The position numbers and the translations under genes are program-made. DNA of 64,000 nucleotides from Eledone cirrhosa (taxonomy: Eukaryota): positions 1 through 64,000 of the forward strand of contig CAXHJY010000726.1 in the NCBI GenBank assembly GCA_964016885.1, given 5' to 3'. Under the pieces are notes generated by a model. That model did no database searches, was not told the DNA's origin, and saw only the letters and a program-made list of their open reading frames with translations. Below are positions 14,030 through 26,581 of the stretch, one piece after another (position 1 is the first letter of the stretch; each line of letters opens with the position of its first letter).

Positions 14030-14350
14030 ATGTTCGCCCTTTTGTTGCTTGCAACGACGAGTATCCCAGTTGGTTCACAAACGAATCTGCCTGTGAAATC
14101 AACGTGCAAAGGGATGAGCATTCCACGGAGACGTATAGCCAAAACGCAATTCCCAGGGAGATTCAGCATGACATTGTGTATGACAAAATTGAACCTTTAA
14201 CGTAACAGATACGACGCATTTTTTCCAGCTGAAAGGAGTAGAGTAACGTCAAATAAACTGTCTTGATCAAAGACTCAACTCTTCTGGATATCAAACTCAT
14301 GGTCTTATGATCGTGAGCCGAATAACCTAATCACTAAGCCATGCGCCTTC
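14030..14350 (-). mobile_element. CORE-type tRNA SINE (second family)
   Basis: Head GGCGCATGGCTTAGTG..GAGTTTGATATCC. The 3' body is homologous to 31620-31820 and 54570-54860. Confidence 0.7.
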
Positions 14351-14434
14351 ATAGTTCCTGATATACAAAATGATTGGATATTCTCAGCTGGAATGTGCTT
14401 GATTCTGGGTTTCTTTAATTAGTCCTAATTTCTA

Positions 14435-14735
14435 TGCATGGTCCTGTAACTCCTGAGGGAGTCGTTGAGGCACCGTATTGACATGCGCTGTTTCTTGGGC
14501 ATATCTAAACCCGGCGGAGCCCATCCTCCTCTAGGTCTGAATACAGCAGATTTCTTCCAGAAAATGATAGAGAGAGTGAGAGTGAGAAAGAAATATAGAG
14601 GAAGAATCGACCGCAGTATTAGGCTGGTACTTTTTTTTATCGACCTCGAAAGGCCGAAATGCGGGATTTGAACTCGGAGAACAGAGAACCGAAACGAATA
14701 CCGCAAAGTATTCTATCCGACGTTCTAACGACTGA
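14435..14735 (-). mobile_element. tRNA-derived SINE, long-tail subfamily
   Basis: Homologous to 1932-2278. Confidence 0.85.
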
Positions 14736-15109
14736 CGTTCTGACGACAATTAGGTCAAACATAAGCAACTTTAGCTGGCTGCCCATGGAGTTGTTGGAAA
14801 AGGTGTGCTAACATGGAAGAATCTCTTTTTCAATAATATAATTTTTTCATGGAATATCGATACATCCGCTTGATGAAATTGGCTTTTCCTTTTAATTTCT
14901 TATAGGCTAACGTCAATTTATTTGTTAATGTATTATTAATTTGTGATGCATTGCAACTAATTACTAAAGTCCGTTAATGACTCATTTAAATCGCTATGTC
15001 GCTCTCCTTTTCTATTTGTAGCTATTTATCACTATTTAACTCCCTCGCCTGATTTCCTCCGTCTTTATATAATCTTACAAATATATTCCCAGTACCCCTT
15101 TCCTTTCCC

Positions 15110-15178
<69 letters not shown>
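15110..15178. repeat. (CTAT)n microsatellite, left flank of the Tx1 element
   Basis: Direct reading. Confidence 0.99.
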
Positions 15179-15179
<1 letters not shown>

Positions 15180-15392
15180 CTTTATCTGCCTGGCGCGTGG
15201 AACACTCGCCGGTAAGCTTTTTTGTTAATTTCTATGCAAAAAACCGAACAAATTGTTTGAAAAATCAACATTTTGTAGATTAACCCCCCAGCTGAATTGT
15301 CAGCTGGGTGGTAATCCCATTTTTTGCGCCTTTAGGGGCGAAAATTTAATTTAAAAATTGTTTCAAAATATCAAATTTTGCCAACTATTAAA

Positions 15393-17104
15393 CATGAATA
15401 GCTCGGAAAGAACGCTAGAGAACGTCGACAGAGAAAAGAGAAGTAGAGAGGCAGATATTAACGTTATATCTGCTTCTGCTACTATGGACGTCGCCATATA
15501 TACGACTGTCAACAAAGAGAAAAAATATTACCACTTGAAGATTTTTAAATTTCTACCGTCGAAGCGGAGAAAAATAACAATAACACACAGGAAAACACAG
15601 AAATTAAACCTATTAACATACATACACATGAAAAAGACAACATCAACAACTCCATAGATACATCGACACATAAAGTTTCACCTCGTCAAGAAATTGAGAT
15701 TTACAACACCGAGGCTAACAACGGTAACAACAACAACAACAACAGCAACACCACACAAAAAACATGTCTTTCGCTGAAACAGTGAACAAAAAACAAGATT
15801 TTATAAATCTTGACATCTCCAATGCAAGAGATATGCTCCAGCAAGGGATAAAATTGTAACTTTCGAAGACAAGGGTGGGTTTAGAATTAACTCACCCCTC
15901 GACATAAAAGAAGAGACAGTTCAAAGGACAGTGACCTTTAGGACTGTCTCCAACACAACGAGAAAGCCGATATTTGTTAGTCAAGCAGATATAGAAGCGA
16001 CCTTCAAGGAGATTCTAGCAAATATTGACTTTCTCGAGGAAAACAGTACGGAAGTGTTTCCGTACTGTTTAAAAGCGAGGCACTCGCCCCAAAACATTCT
16101 GACACCAATGGTGTCAAAAGCATTCACCTTTTTCCCTACGTACATGGGAAAAAGGACACAAAAAGAAAAAAATATACCACCCAACATTAACATCTGGTGG
16201 ATCTTGGTTGGCTTCGTAGAGCCAGAGACTGATATGATTCTTTCGATACGAAAGTCTATTAGACAAAGATGGGCGGGTACTGATTTGGAGATTCTGATTC
16301 AAATGAGGCCGGAGAGAATCTCCAAAATACCCGAAAAAGTCGTCATCGACGACAACAACAAAATAAACATTACGGTGGAGGGTCGAAAAATTCATTGCTT
16401 TCGCTGTGGTAGCACAGCACACCTAAAGGCCCCCTGTCCTTTACAAACACACCACAACATCATTAAAAAAACACTATTACCAACACCAACACCAAAACAA
16501 CCACCACCACAAGTGCAACAACAGACGAAACGAGCAAACACACTAAAACAAACAGCTACTCAACCAACAACAACAGAAAAAACACAGACAACACCCCTGA
16601 AGAAAACAGCCCCACCCCATCCCACTCCATCAAACACTACCACAAACACACACACCGAAACACCACCACCACACAACATACCCCTACCCCACACACCTGA
16701 CGATGATTATTCAACGACAGATGAGGCTGCTTCTCCTTCTTTAAGTGAAGAAGAAGAAGAGCTTCGGAAATCTAAAAAAACAAAAAAAAAGACACCACAA
16801 ACCCCCCAAAACTCCAATCACCAACACCAACACACAACCACAGACACAAACAACACCACAGTCAAACATCCCCCTACCAGAAAAACCAACACCAACACCA
16901 CCCCAAACACAAGCACCCACCATAAAAAGAAAACTCCCGGACGAACAACAAACTAAAACAACACAACAAAAACACAAACAACAATATGCATACATCAACA
17001 CAAACAACAAGAGTTTGATGGAGGTCATCTCCCAAAACCCCAAGGTGGAGACGGAGGGCAAAATTTCGTCAAAGCAGAATCGTCTCCACACCTTAAACTT
17101 ATAA
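15393..17104 (+). pseudogene. Tx1 ORF1 (gag-like, CCHC zinc knuckle), frameshifted
   Basis: ORF 15931-16956 contains INITVEGRKIHCFRCGSTAHLKAPC followed by a Thr/Pro-rich tail. Confidence 0.85.
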
Positions 17105-17322
17105 GGGTTTCTATGGAGACCTATAGTGACCTAAAAAATAAATGTTCACAGGACGTGGGCAACCCCTGCCAGAAACCCATCAACCGCGTCCTATTAAAAT
17201 GTTTCCCCACTACACCCAACACCTCACCCAGCACCCAAATGGAGATTGAACAACCCGATCTCCAGGAAACGAAAAGGTAAGTGCACCTTTTCGTCCCTTT
17301 TCTCCAACTTTTCTTCAACAAC

Positions 17323-20300
17323 ATGGCTAGTTTACGAGTTGGAAGCGTGAATGTGCGTGGCCTAGGGATGCCCTGGAAACAGGGCTAACTTTTAAACGAC
17401 CTTAGGTCACACGGTATGGATGTGATAACCATCACCGAGTCCAGGATCCACAACAGGCAGCAACTAACCCCCATCTTCAACGACTTTGAGATCTACGCAT
17501 CTCTCTGTCAGCCAGGAGGTGGAGGGGGAGTGGGTGTCATGTTTCGGAAGAACCTGGACGTCGAAGTACAGCAAGTACACTTGGACCCGGAGGGTAGACT
17601 GGTAGTCCTAGACGTGAACAGTATTGGAGGTGGAGCCTTCAGATTGGTGGCCGTTTATGCCCCGACCGGGCAATCGCAATCACGGCCAGACTTCTTTAAG
17701 CGTCTAGAGTCTTTTCTGGGAACATCTCGCTCCTTACTTTTAGTGGGGGACTGGAATGGTATCTTAGATGCACGATGGGACTATGTGGGAGCATGATCCA
17801 GTAGAGGGAGGGGGGTGCAACAGCCTCAAAACTTTAATCGGCCAATTCCAACTGGCTGATAGGTATCGACTGGGTTTTCCGACTGCACCACAGTGGACGT
17901 GGGCAAACCGCAGCGGGACATCTAGATCGTATTTAGATAGGTTCTTCATTAGAGAAAGGGACAAGGAGATGTTAAGCTGTCCACGAATGCACATGGTTGC
18001 CTACTCAGATCACAAATTAGTCGTCTGCTTAGTCAACCGTGATAGAATACATAGACAGGGACCCGGATACGTGTCATTGCCGGCACGTAAAGATTACAGT
18101 GAACGGATAAGTAGACTAGTCAAGCAACAGTTAACAGGAGCCATCGTCAACAATAGATGGTGGTACTCTCTCAAGAAAGCAATTAGAGTAGAATCGATAG
18201 AGTTTAGCAGAGAGTTAGCCTTAGAGAAAAACAAAATAGAAAGAGAACTAGTAGCCAAAGTAGAGGAGGCACTTAGAAGTGGCAACGCGGCTTGAGTGTT
18301 AGCGTCGAGAACGGCACTGGACCAGTTCTTCGATGCGAAACACGAAGGCTGCGTGGTCAGAAGCAAAACACATGCTCTAGGAAACGAAGGAGCGAAAGCT
18401 GTCAGCTGGGCCCGAGTGGAGGAGGCAAAAGGTGGCAACAAGTCTATGATTCGGTCTTTGAAAGACCAAAACGGACGCGTGGTACTTGACCCCAAACAAA
18501 TGTGCGCGGCCTTTCAGCAGCACTTTGCGCGACTGTTTGAGCAGAACGACGGTGAACCGAACGGGGTAATGGACTTTAATTCATACTTCGACGGCCTGTC
18601 GCGTCTCTCGAACACGGACGCCGAGTTCTGCGAAAGACCGATCACGGACACTGAGATACGGGACGCTCTGGGCCGCTGCGGGAAACGCAAGTCAACAGGT
18701 CTAGATGGTATACCTCCACCTCATGCGATACATCATAGAGAGGGTGGGTAGTAAACCCGGCTTCGGTGGGGCTCTGATCAATTTGGATCAGTCTAAGGCA
18801 TTCGATAGGGTCGACCATCGATACTTGGAAGCGGTTCTCAAGGCGGCCGGTTTCGGTCCCGTTTTCAGAGGCTGGATCGAGGCGATGCACACCAGCATCT
18901 GCTCGAGGGTTAAGGTGAATGGCTACCTATCGGAGCCGTTCGCAATCACGCGTTCCATTCGACAGGGGTGCCCTCTCTCCTCCATTCTGTATGTATTGAC
19001 TCTAGAGCCACTACTGCGGAAATTGAAGCTGTTGCAGGGCATCTCTCTAGAACCGGGACTGCGCAAAGTGGTGTCGGCTTATGCCGACGACGTAACGGTA
19101 ATGGTGTCGAGCACCTCGGAAATCGGGGTGATCGGCAACTTACTAATAGAATACGAAACGCTGACGGGAGCAAAACTAAATCCGGACAAATCTGTCGGTT
19201 TGCAACTCAGTACGTGGAGAGGTAAACCGATGACGTCCGACAGCGTCGTTGGACGCTGGACGGACAGGTCGGTGAAATTTCTCCGGGTCTGGTTCGGTCC
19301 AGACCTCCAGGTGGAGAAAAACTGGAATGAGGTCACGGCCAAGGTGTTTGCGCTCACCCAGAGAAGTGGGGAGAGTGCAAACTGTCATTGAAAGGCCGAG
19401 CGGAGGTGGCGAACACCTTCATAGCGTCCGTCATCTACTACCGCTTGACTGTCGTGCCTTGTCCCCGTGAACACCTCACCAAGATGGAACGCATGCTCCT
19501 CCAGTTTCTGTGGAAGAAGCAGGCTCCGCTGGTGAGGAGATCCGTCTTCTGTCAGCACCCTTTCAACGGAGGGCTGGGAATGTCGTGGCTGATGATGCGC
19601 AAACATCCGCTGAGGCTGCGGCATCTCCATGTATTCCTCACCGACCCCCAAACAGTGTGGGCACCGTTTGTGAGACAGGCTTTCCCACAGCTCGTCTCGC
19701 TGACGGAGCTGCAGTCCTGGGTCAAGAAAAGACCGAAAACGATGGGCGCCTGGCACATTGAATCTGCTCAGGCGCTCACAGTCCTCTGGCATGCGGGCGC
19801 AGCAATCAGTGGAGACTCCACTTCGACATTCTATAGAGGGATTGTACGTTACAAGGGCGACGACGTGCTCGGAGAGACTCTGGGCGTCGAAGACGATGAG
19901 CTCACCAGTCTGTTTGGTAGGACTTTCCGTCCGGAACCTATGGACAAATTCCAGAGATCCCTGGCCTAGCAGTGCTACTGAGGAGCTCTACCGGTTCGTG
20001 ACAAGATCTACAGGCACGGACGCAGGGATCCTTCCAAGAGGACGTGTCCAAGATGCGCGCAGGACATTGAAACAGTCCTGCACGCAATTGTACACTTTCC
20101 GGGCGTAACCGACCTGTGGAACTATGCAGAACAACTGCTGTCGCGTATAGAACAAATCTAGTTGACTGTCGAGTCCATAGTAAGGAGCAAACCTCCAGCC
20201 TCTTTCAAAAACGAAAGAGAGGCGATTTTCCTCTGTTCAGTGGCTATGGTGAAAGAAGTTATATGGTGGACGAGGTTCAGAGGACTGAGGACAGATGCCT

Positions 20301-20461
20301 TTCTCTCCAGACAACAATTGATTCCCTTCTTTAAGTATCACTTTAGAAGGAGAATCAGAGTGGAGCGAGAGGCACTGCACTCCAGTAAATTTACTGAAAG
20401 GTGGGTGAATGAAGCGTAAATGGCTCGAGTGATTGGGCCTTCTCTGTTTATAAGCCTGTAG
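17323..20461 (+). pseudogene. Tx1 ORF2 (AP endonuclease plus reverse transcriptase), with stops, frameshifts and deletions
   Basis: SVNVRGL, VYAP, VGDWN, YLDRF, SDHK; LDQSKAFDRVDH, RQGCPLS, AYADD; GGLG; CPRC..ETVLHA. Confidence 0.95.
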
Positions 20462-20695
20462 GTTGAGGAAGAGAGCAAAAGGAAGAAAGGAGCGCTTGCA
20501 CAACACGCTCCTGGAGTTGAGGGTTGTTCTATCGACGGGGTATTAAACAACCCATTTGTGGCGCCTCCCTCCTATTGGGGATTTCGATTGTTGAAATTGT
20601 TTGTTTTTATATTTTTTACACGACTGTATGTAAAATCCCCGGCATGTCTTTGTATTGTCCCCTTTTCTTGTTGCGCCCTTGTGGCTAATAAAGAA

Positions 20696-20696
<1 letters not shown>

Positions 20697-20752
<56 letters not shown>

Positions 20753-20781
20753 GCTATATATCTACCTATCTAGCTATCTAT
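20697..20781. repeat. (TCTA)n microsatellite, right flank of the Tx1 element
   Basis: Direct reading. Confidence 0.99.
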
Positions 20782-23700
20782 CCCCACTCAAAACAATGCC
20801 TATTCCTCCGGTAGCCTTGAAAATCTTTAATCTATTGGAAAACGGCTTTAGACGGGATGCAGTTTTTAAAGCAAAGGTGAAGACAATCCGTCTAAGAGCT
20901 TGTTTGTTCCAAAATGTAAAAGAATAAATAAAATCACATCTTTTCCTTTGTGTGATTAGTTTATCACCACCATCAAGCCTTTGATGCCTTTATAGAAATT
21001 CACTATATTGTAAACATTCGGTCCAAATACATTAATTCTGATTACTTTTTCTTTGCGTTGTGACAGGTGGAAAAGTTTTCAATTTCTTTCTGAAAGTTGA
21101 AACCTATGACCCACTCTTCTCGCCTGAATATCATCAACAAACATTCTAATTTAGTCTCAATTCTGACTATCTCCAGTTGTTTAACTGTCTCTTTCAGATC
21201 TGTCGACTCTCCCCGTCGGACGGGGAGATTTCCCACCTACATTGGTGTGAGATGTCTTCTCTTGTGAAAATGGGTATAGCTTTCATTATGTAAAATCTCC
21301 CCATTTTGCGTCATTTCTTCCCGTTTTGGGACACTCTTTTTCATGGTACTCCCAGTTTGGGGTTTTAGAGGTTAGCAGGTCTGCTCTTGTCCAATATAAA
21401 ATATATTTATCATTTTCAATAACTTTAATAAGAGGCTAAGTCGTTTTCTGTTCCGAATTGTTTACACCAGTTAGTATCATCACTTATACACATCCCTGAC
21501 CGATACATCAATTTTGCAAACATGATTGATTCTCTTCTTACTTAATCATTAATCGCCCACCATAATCTTTTTCTTCTTCAGAACATCTGGTTATAGTGAT
21601 TACTGCATGGCCTAGAGGGTGAAACATAACATAGGTGACGAGAGGAAGTGAGACGAGTGAGGTTGAATGCACCAGGATTGATAAGGTGACAAGAGATGGC
21701 CAGATACGAAGATCAGAGACAATTATAGTAGCTGTAGAAACATTCGAGTGAACAGACTCCTCTTGTATGGGGAGGCTGGAGTGTGTTGGCAATCAACTGA
21801 ATACCAATCAATTGAGTGTCTCTTTTTAAAAATCCGGTCTAGGATTCTATGAATACGCCATCAACACCGTCTTAGATGTGGGAGTTTGTTTTTATTTTCG
21901 TTTTCCTTCAGTATATTTTCTTTGTTATTCCTTTGCTTCGTTGCTTCATCGGACATTTTATATTTCCATTGTATTGATGTGTTTCTATCGGTGTGTTGGT
22001 ATTGGTGGATTTTATCAAAGGATAACTATTTCAACTTTATGGTGGGTGTTGTATTTTATGTAGCCACGATTTAACCTTCAACGATTATATTGTTGAATGC
22101 AGTAACGACAATCTTTATGTTGATTATTATGTTGTTGAAATCTTTGAACTGTAATTCTGTATTTTGGTGAAAGTCATTCCACCAACTCCATTTGATGATA
22201 GTGAATTGTTTTGATCTTGATCATTGATGTGTGTTGCTATTGTTGTTTGGCTCCAGTTCAGACCTGATCAAGTAGATTTATTATCAAACGTATCCCCAGA
22301 CATGACAATCCTGTCTTTTTCCGCGAAATTACATTGAACATTCCGTTGAGATAGTCTGTGCCTTTCACCTTTTGGGGATCGATGTAAGTGCCAGTCGGGA
22401 AGATTTAATGTTCTTATAAAATATCCTAGATCTAAACGGAATTGTAATATAAGATTAAGAGACAACTCTAAGCCTTTCCGATAGAAAAAAAAGACAAAAC
22501 AAAAAAAAAAAATGAAAATGCCACATTTATTGTAGAACTGAGAAACAAAAGGACATTCTTCTCTTTTGTGTAGTTGTATATATTTTCTTTGTAGTTGGTC
22601 TATCGAAAATGATAGAAAAGAAAAAACTATGTATTACAAACAATTTTCGTCTGATTTGTTTCCCTACGGCCTTCCGTAGAATGTGATAATTTACACACAT
22701 CTCTTAAAATAGATAAAGAGTGTTATTCACACACACTGAAAGAAATTGTATGTACTTGGATTTTTATAATTCGAGCATATAAATTGAGTAATTGCTAATA
22801 TAGTATAATATTTCATTGTTCTAATTGAGAGTATGTTTTTATGCAAAGCATTAAAATTGTTGTACCAATAACAATATCTATGTGAGTGCCCTCTGTTTGG
22901 GTTTTTAGTGCATCATTTGCATCAGGGATTATTGGTAAACAAGTCGATATTTCTATATATCATTGTAAACATTGTGTACATACAATGTATACATTGTATA
23001 CATACGCGCACACACATATATTTATTTATAAAATATGTCGATTGATTTAGCAGAATCTTTAGAGCATTGGGTATTTGTACCGGGTTTCATCCTTTCTGGG
23101 GCGATAAAGAAACTACGAGCTCAGTGCTGGTGCAGCCTTCTTTCCTTCTAGCTGTCACATCCTCAATGTTCTGCTTCTGCTGAATCAAGGGACGAGGTGT
23201 GGAAGAAGGTATCTGTGTCTGCTTGCGATCTCATGGCCACCTAAAACCTTTAGCGAAAGCATGGTACATACTACCAAGTAATATTCGATTGCAAGAGACG
23301 GCTATAGTAGTATATATATAACGTAAATTATAGTTGACTTATCAATTTTATAATTTCATTTGCTACAAAATAAAATTCTTTAATGATCTTGTTCATCAAC
23401 CTGAATAATACTCTAATTCAGCGGCAGCATTGTGAAATTGACGTGTGATTCTTTGGTTTTGTGTGTCCTTTTCAGCAGAGGGATCATCTCCACAAAGTTG
23501 ATTTGCTCTACATAGCATTAGATGAAGGCGAAGTCTTTACTAGTGTGATGTTTCTTCGACGCCATGTTTATACGATCATTCACCATGTTTTGCAACTCGT
23601 GTTGAAACGAGGCTTTTAATTGTATTAGCTACTGCATAAATAGCTTAGCAGGCCGTACGAAATAGCTCAATTCAATTCCACAAATTTAACTTTTTGTATT

Positions 23701-24499
23701 CCAGTCAGAATCACTTAACATCAATGTAGCTCTGCTATTTGTATCAATCAGCTAGTTAGTTCTGAGAGTCGATGTACAGATATGTGTTCATTGAATTAGT
23801 TTACAATAGCCAAATAAAGATTATGAATGCCATTTTAAAATTAAAACCACAACCTTCCCACTATACAGCCGTTGTTGTTGCTAATATCCCGGTCAAGCCT
23901 ATCTTTTTAGAGGCATCGATATTATCTAATGCTTCTTTTCTTTATTCATTTGTTTCAGGGGAAATATATTGTTAGTGATACCAGGAATTAAATTTTACAA
24001 AAGCTAGATATATAAAAGTAACAAGAGAAAGGAATACCAAGAACAGAAAAAAAAAACGTTTAAAAAAGAAGTTGAATCATTTTTTATTTACGCAAATTGA
24101 GGTGAAGCTCTGTGGTTAAAAAGTTTGCTTTACAACCACAAAGTTCGGTTTTGATCCCACTGAGACGCAAGTTGGGTGTCATCTGTCACACCCTAGTGTT
24201 GACCAAAACTTTGTGAATGGAATTTGGTAGACAAAAACTACGTGGAAGCTCGTCGTATATATGCATATAGGTTGTATATTGACTAAGTATATAACATTAG
24301 CATGACACTAAAAAAGCGATGTTTCACGAACGAAGTCTTTTGGAATATTTGTTTTATATCACGTTAGGAACTCAGTTGTCATTCCTACCAACAAAAATGT
24401 AGTGAACCAGTGATTACCCTGTTGGAAATCCGTAATCAACCTCGATATTGTTCACTAATTACGAAATAAAATATATAAATAATACATGAAATTAAAATA

Positions 24500-24664
24500 C
24501 CGTATTTCCCGGCGTCGAAGACGCTACTTTAAAAAAAAAAAAGTCTCAAAAATCTACCATGCGTCCTGGAGGCCTAAGGTTGTTTATTATATTTTCAAAT
24601 TTTTGGTTGTCAAAATTAGGGTGCGTCCTCGTGGACGAAGCGTCTTCGACGCTGCGAAATACGA
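24500..24664. mobile_element. Tc2/pogo-type MITE
   Basis: TA|CCGTATTTCCCGGCGTCGAAGACGC ... GCGTCTTCGACGCTGCGAAATACG, with about 25-bp TIRs. The right TA is not preserved. Confidence 0.8.
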
Positions 24665-25189
24665 GCTTCTAGAAATTAAGTGCATGAAGGTGAGATGAGT
24701 GTTATAGAAGTGTAGTTTTCTACTGTAATTATGGTCTACCTTCACAACCATTGTAATGCTGTTATCATTCATGTATAGTTCTCCATCATTGGCTGGGGGT
24801 ACTCTTTGTATGAAATATTAGCCAATGTTAGCTTTTCTGGATGCTAAACTGTAGTCTGCTTTAATATGGAAATCACATCTCAGGGACATAAAATGTGGAT
24901 CATAATGGCATTCAATATTATCCATTTTTTTTGTATTGGAAAAGATTGTATAGAAACCACTTAAAGTATATTTCTTAATTTAAAGTTGTAACCTTTCGTC
25001 TAGCATCTATGTTGTTGATCCCTAAATCAACCCTGAGTTACTTTATTTAAGACGGTAGGGTGTTATTTGATGGTAATTTGACTGTTATTCCTTGGTCTAG
25101 CAACCAGGTAGAGGCTCACTGGCTGGTTCCTGATCGTCTGTATTTTGTGATGCATATGTAGCTGTACGGAAGCTTCCAGAACGTCAGCT

Positions 25190-25448
25190 CGAAAGTAGCA
25201 CAGAAGAGAATGAGGTTAGCTAGACATGCTCACCAACATTCAGAGTTGACACTGCACTCAGTGGTCCCGTGGGAGCCCCTACATGGACACACTAGAAGAG
25301 GGAGACCGAAGATGACATATATTGATGCCCTAATGACAGACATTGGTCTCTGGGAGTTGCAGGACATGGCAGCGACGATGAAGGACAGAGACTACTGGAG
25401 AGAGCTCGTCCATGGATCTCGGGAATTTTACCCGCCCTAGATAGATAT
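25190..25448 (+). mobile_element. RTE-type LINE 3' fragment with TAGA tail
   Basis: RRMRLARHAHQH..WEPLHGHTRRGRPKMTYIDAL..DRDYWR. Confidence 0.8.
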
Positions 25449-26383
25449 GTGTACATGTGGGCTTTCGTGTGCAAGTTATTGTGTCAGTATTTGTATTTCA
25501 CATTTAAGATATATAAGCTTATAATGTTTTAACTTTTTTTTATTATTATTAAACTCACGGTCAATGAAGAAGAGAATGAGATGATGTGACATCTAATTCT
25601 CTTCCAAAAGCATTTGCAGGAGATTAATGAACGTTTGTCTAAACGAAAATAGATACTTTTCGGGATCCTATTTCTCCGTTCAGCACTTTGGAATTGCTTA
25701 TAAATGTATTTATTATTTACTTAATTATCGATAAAGCAGTGAATTGACAAAGTTGCTCTGTGGTATTTCTGAGTTTAAAACTCGTCGAAACCAACTTAGT
25801 ATTTTATCCTTTTGAATCGATAAATAAAGTGGCGTGGATTGGCAGCATTGGACAAGATACTCTACAGTATCTGTTCCAGCTTTGTCTTCTGAGTTCAAAC
25901 TAAATAAAGTGCAGTAGGTTGGCGGTATTGCATTGGAGAATATACTCTACAGTATCTGTTCCAGTTTTGTGTTCTGAGTTCAAACCCTGCCTCCTGTCAC
26001 CGAAAAAATAGTGACCTAATAACACCAAAAGACCCTGTAAGTGGCCAGTTGTACTTATGTAAGTGGGAACCGTAAAAGAAACTGATAGATAGATTTCGCT
26101 TTACTTATCTATCCAGCATTAAAAAGAGTTTGGTTAATTGTTGATAGGGCACTGAACAGCGAAGTACTATATTGTTTTAGCGTACGTGGCCAATGTTTCC
26201 AAACTACCAAGCCATAGACACCATTATTCTGAATTAAAAATTCATCTGTCTAGATTGCTGAGGGAAAGAATTGGCTCTCATCTACTTAACGTCAATGATA
26301 CCGGGGATAATTATTTACCGCACGAGTCATTGAAAGGATACGTTTCTTTCGAGATCAAAGAGTTTGCCTTACGTTTTAACAAG

Positions 26384-26384
<1 letters not shown>

Positions 26385-26472
<88 letters not shown>

Positions 26473-26483
26473 CACTCTCTCTA

Positions 26484-26577
<94 letters not shown>
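26385..26577. repeat. Compound (CA)n(CT)n(AT)n microsatellite
   Basis: Direct reading. Confidence 0.99.

Positions 26578-26581
<4 letters not shown>

Larger units (their letters stand above)
15179..20696 (+). mobile_element. Near full-length Tx1/L1-clade non-LTR retrotransposon (defective)
   Basis: Two-ORF layout with a zinc-knuckle ORF1 and an APE-RT-zinc finger ORF2. The 3' end is AATAAAGAAA. Both ends abut (TATC)n. Confidence 0.95.

Noticed and set aside
21200-23980. Possible decayed endonuclease or transposase fragments
   Set aside because: The motif similarity is too weak to assign by eye. It needs tBLASTx or an HMM search.
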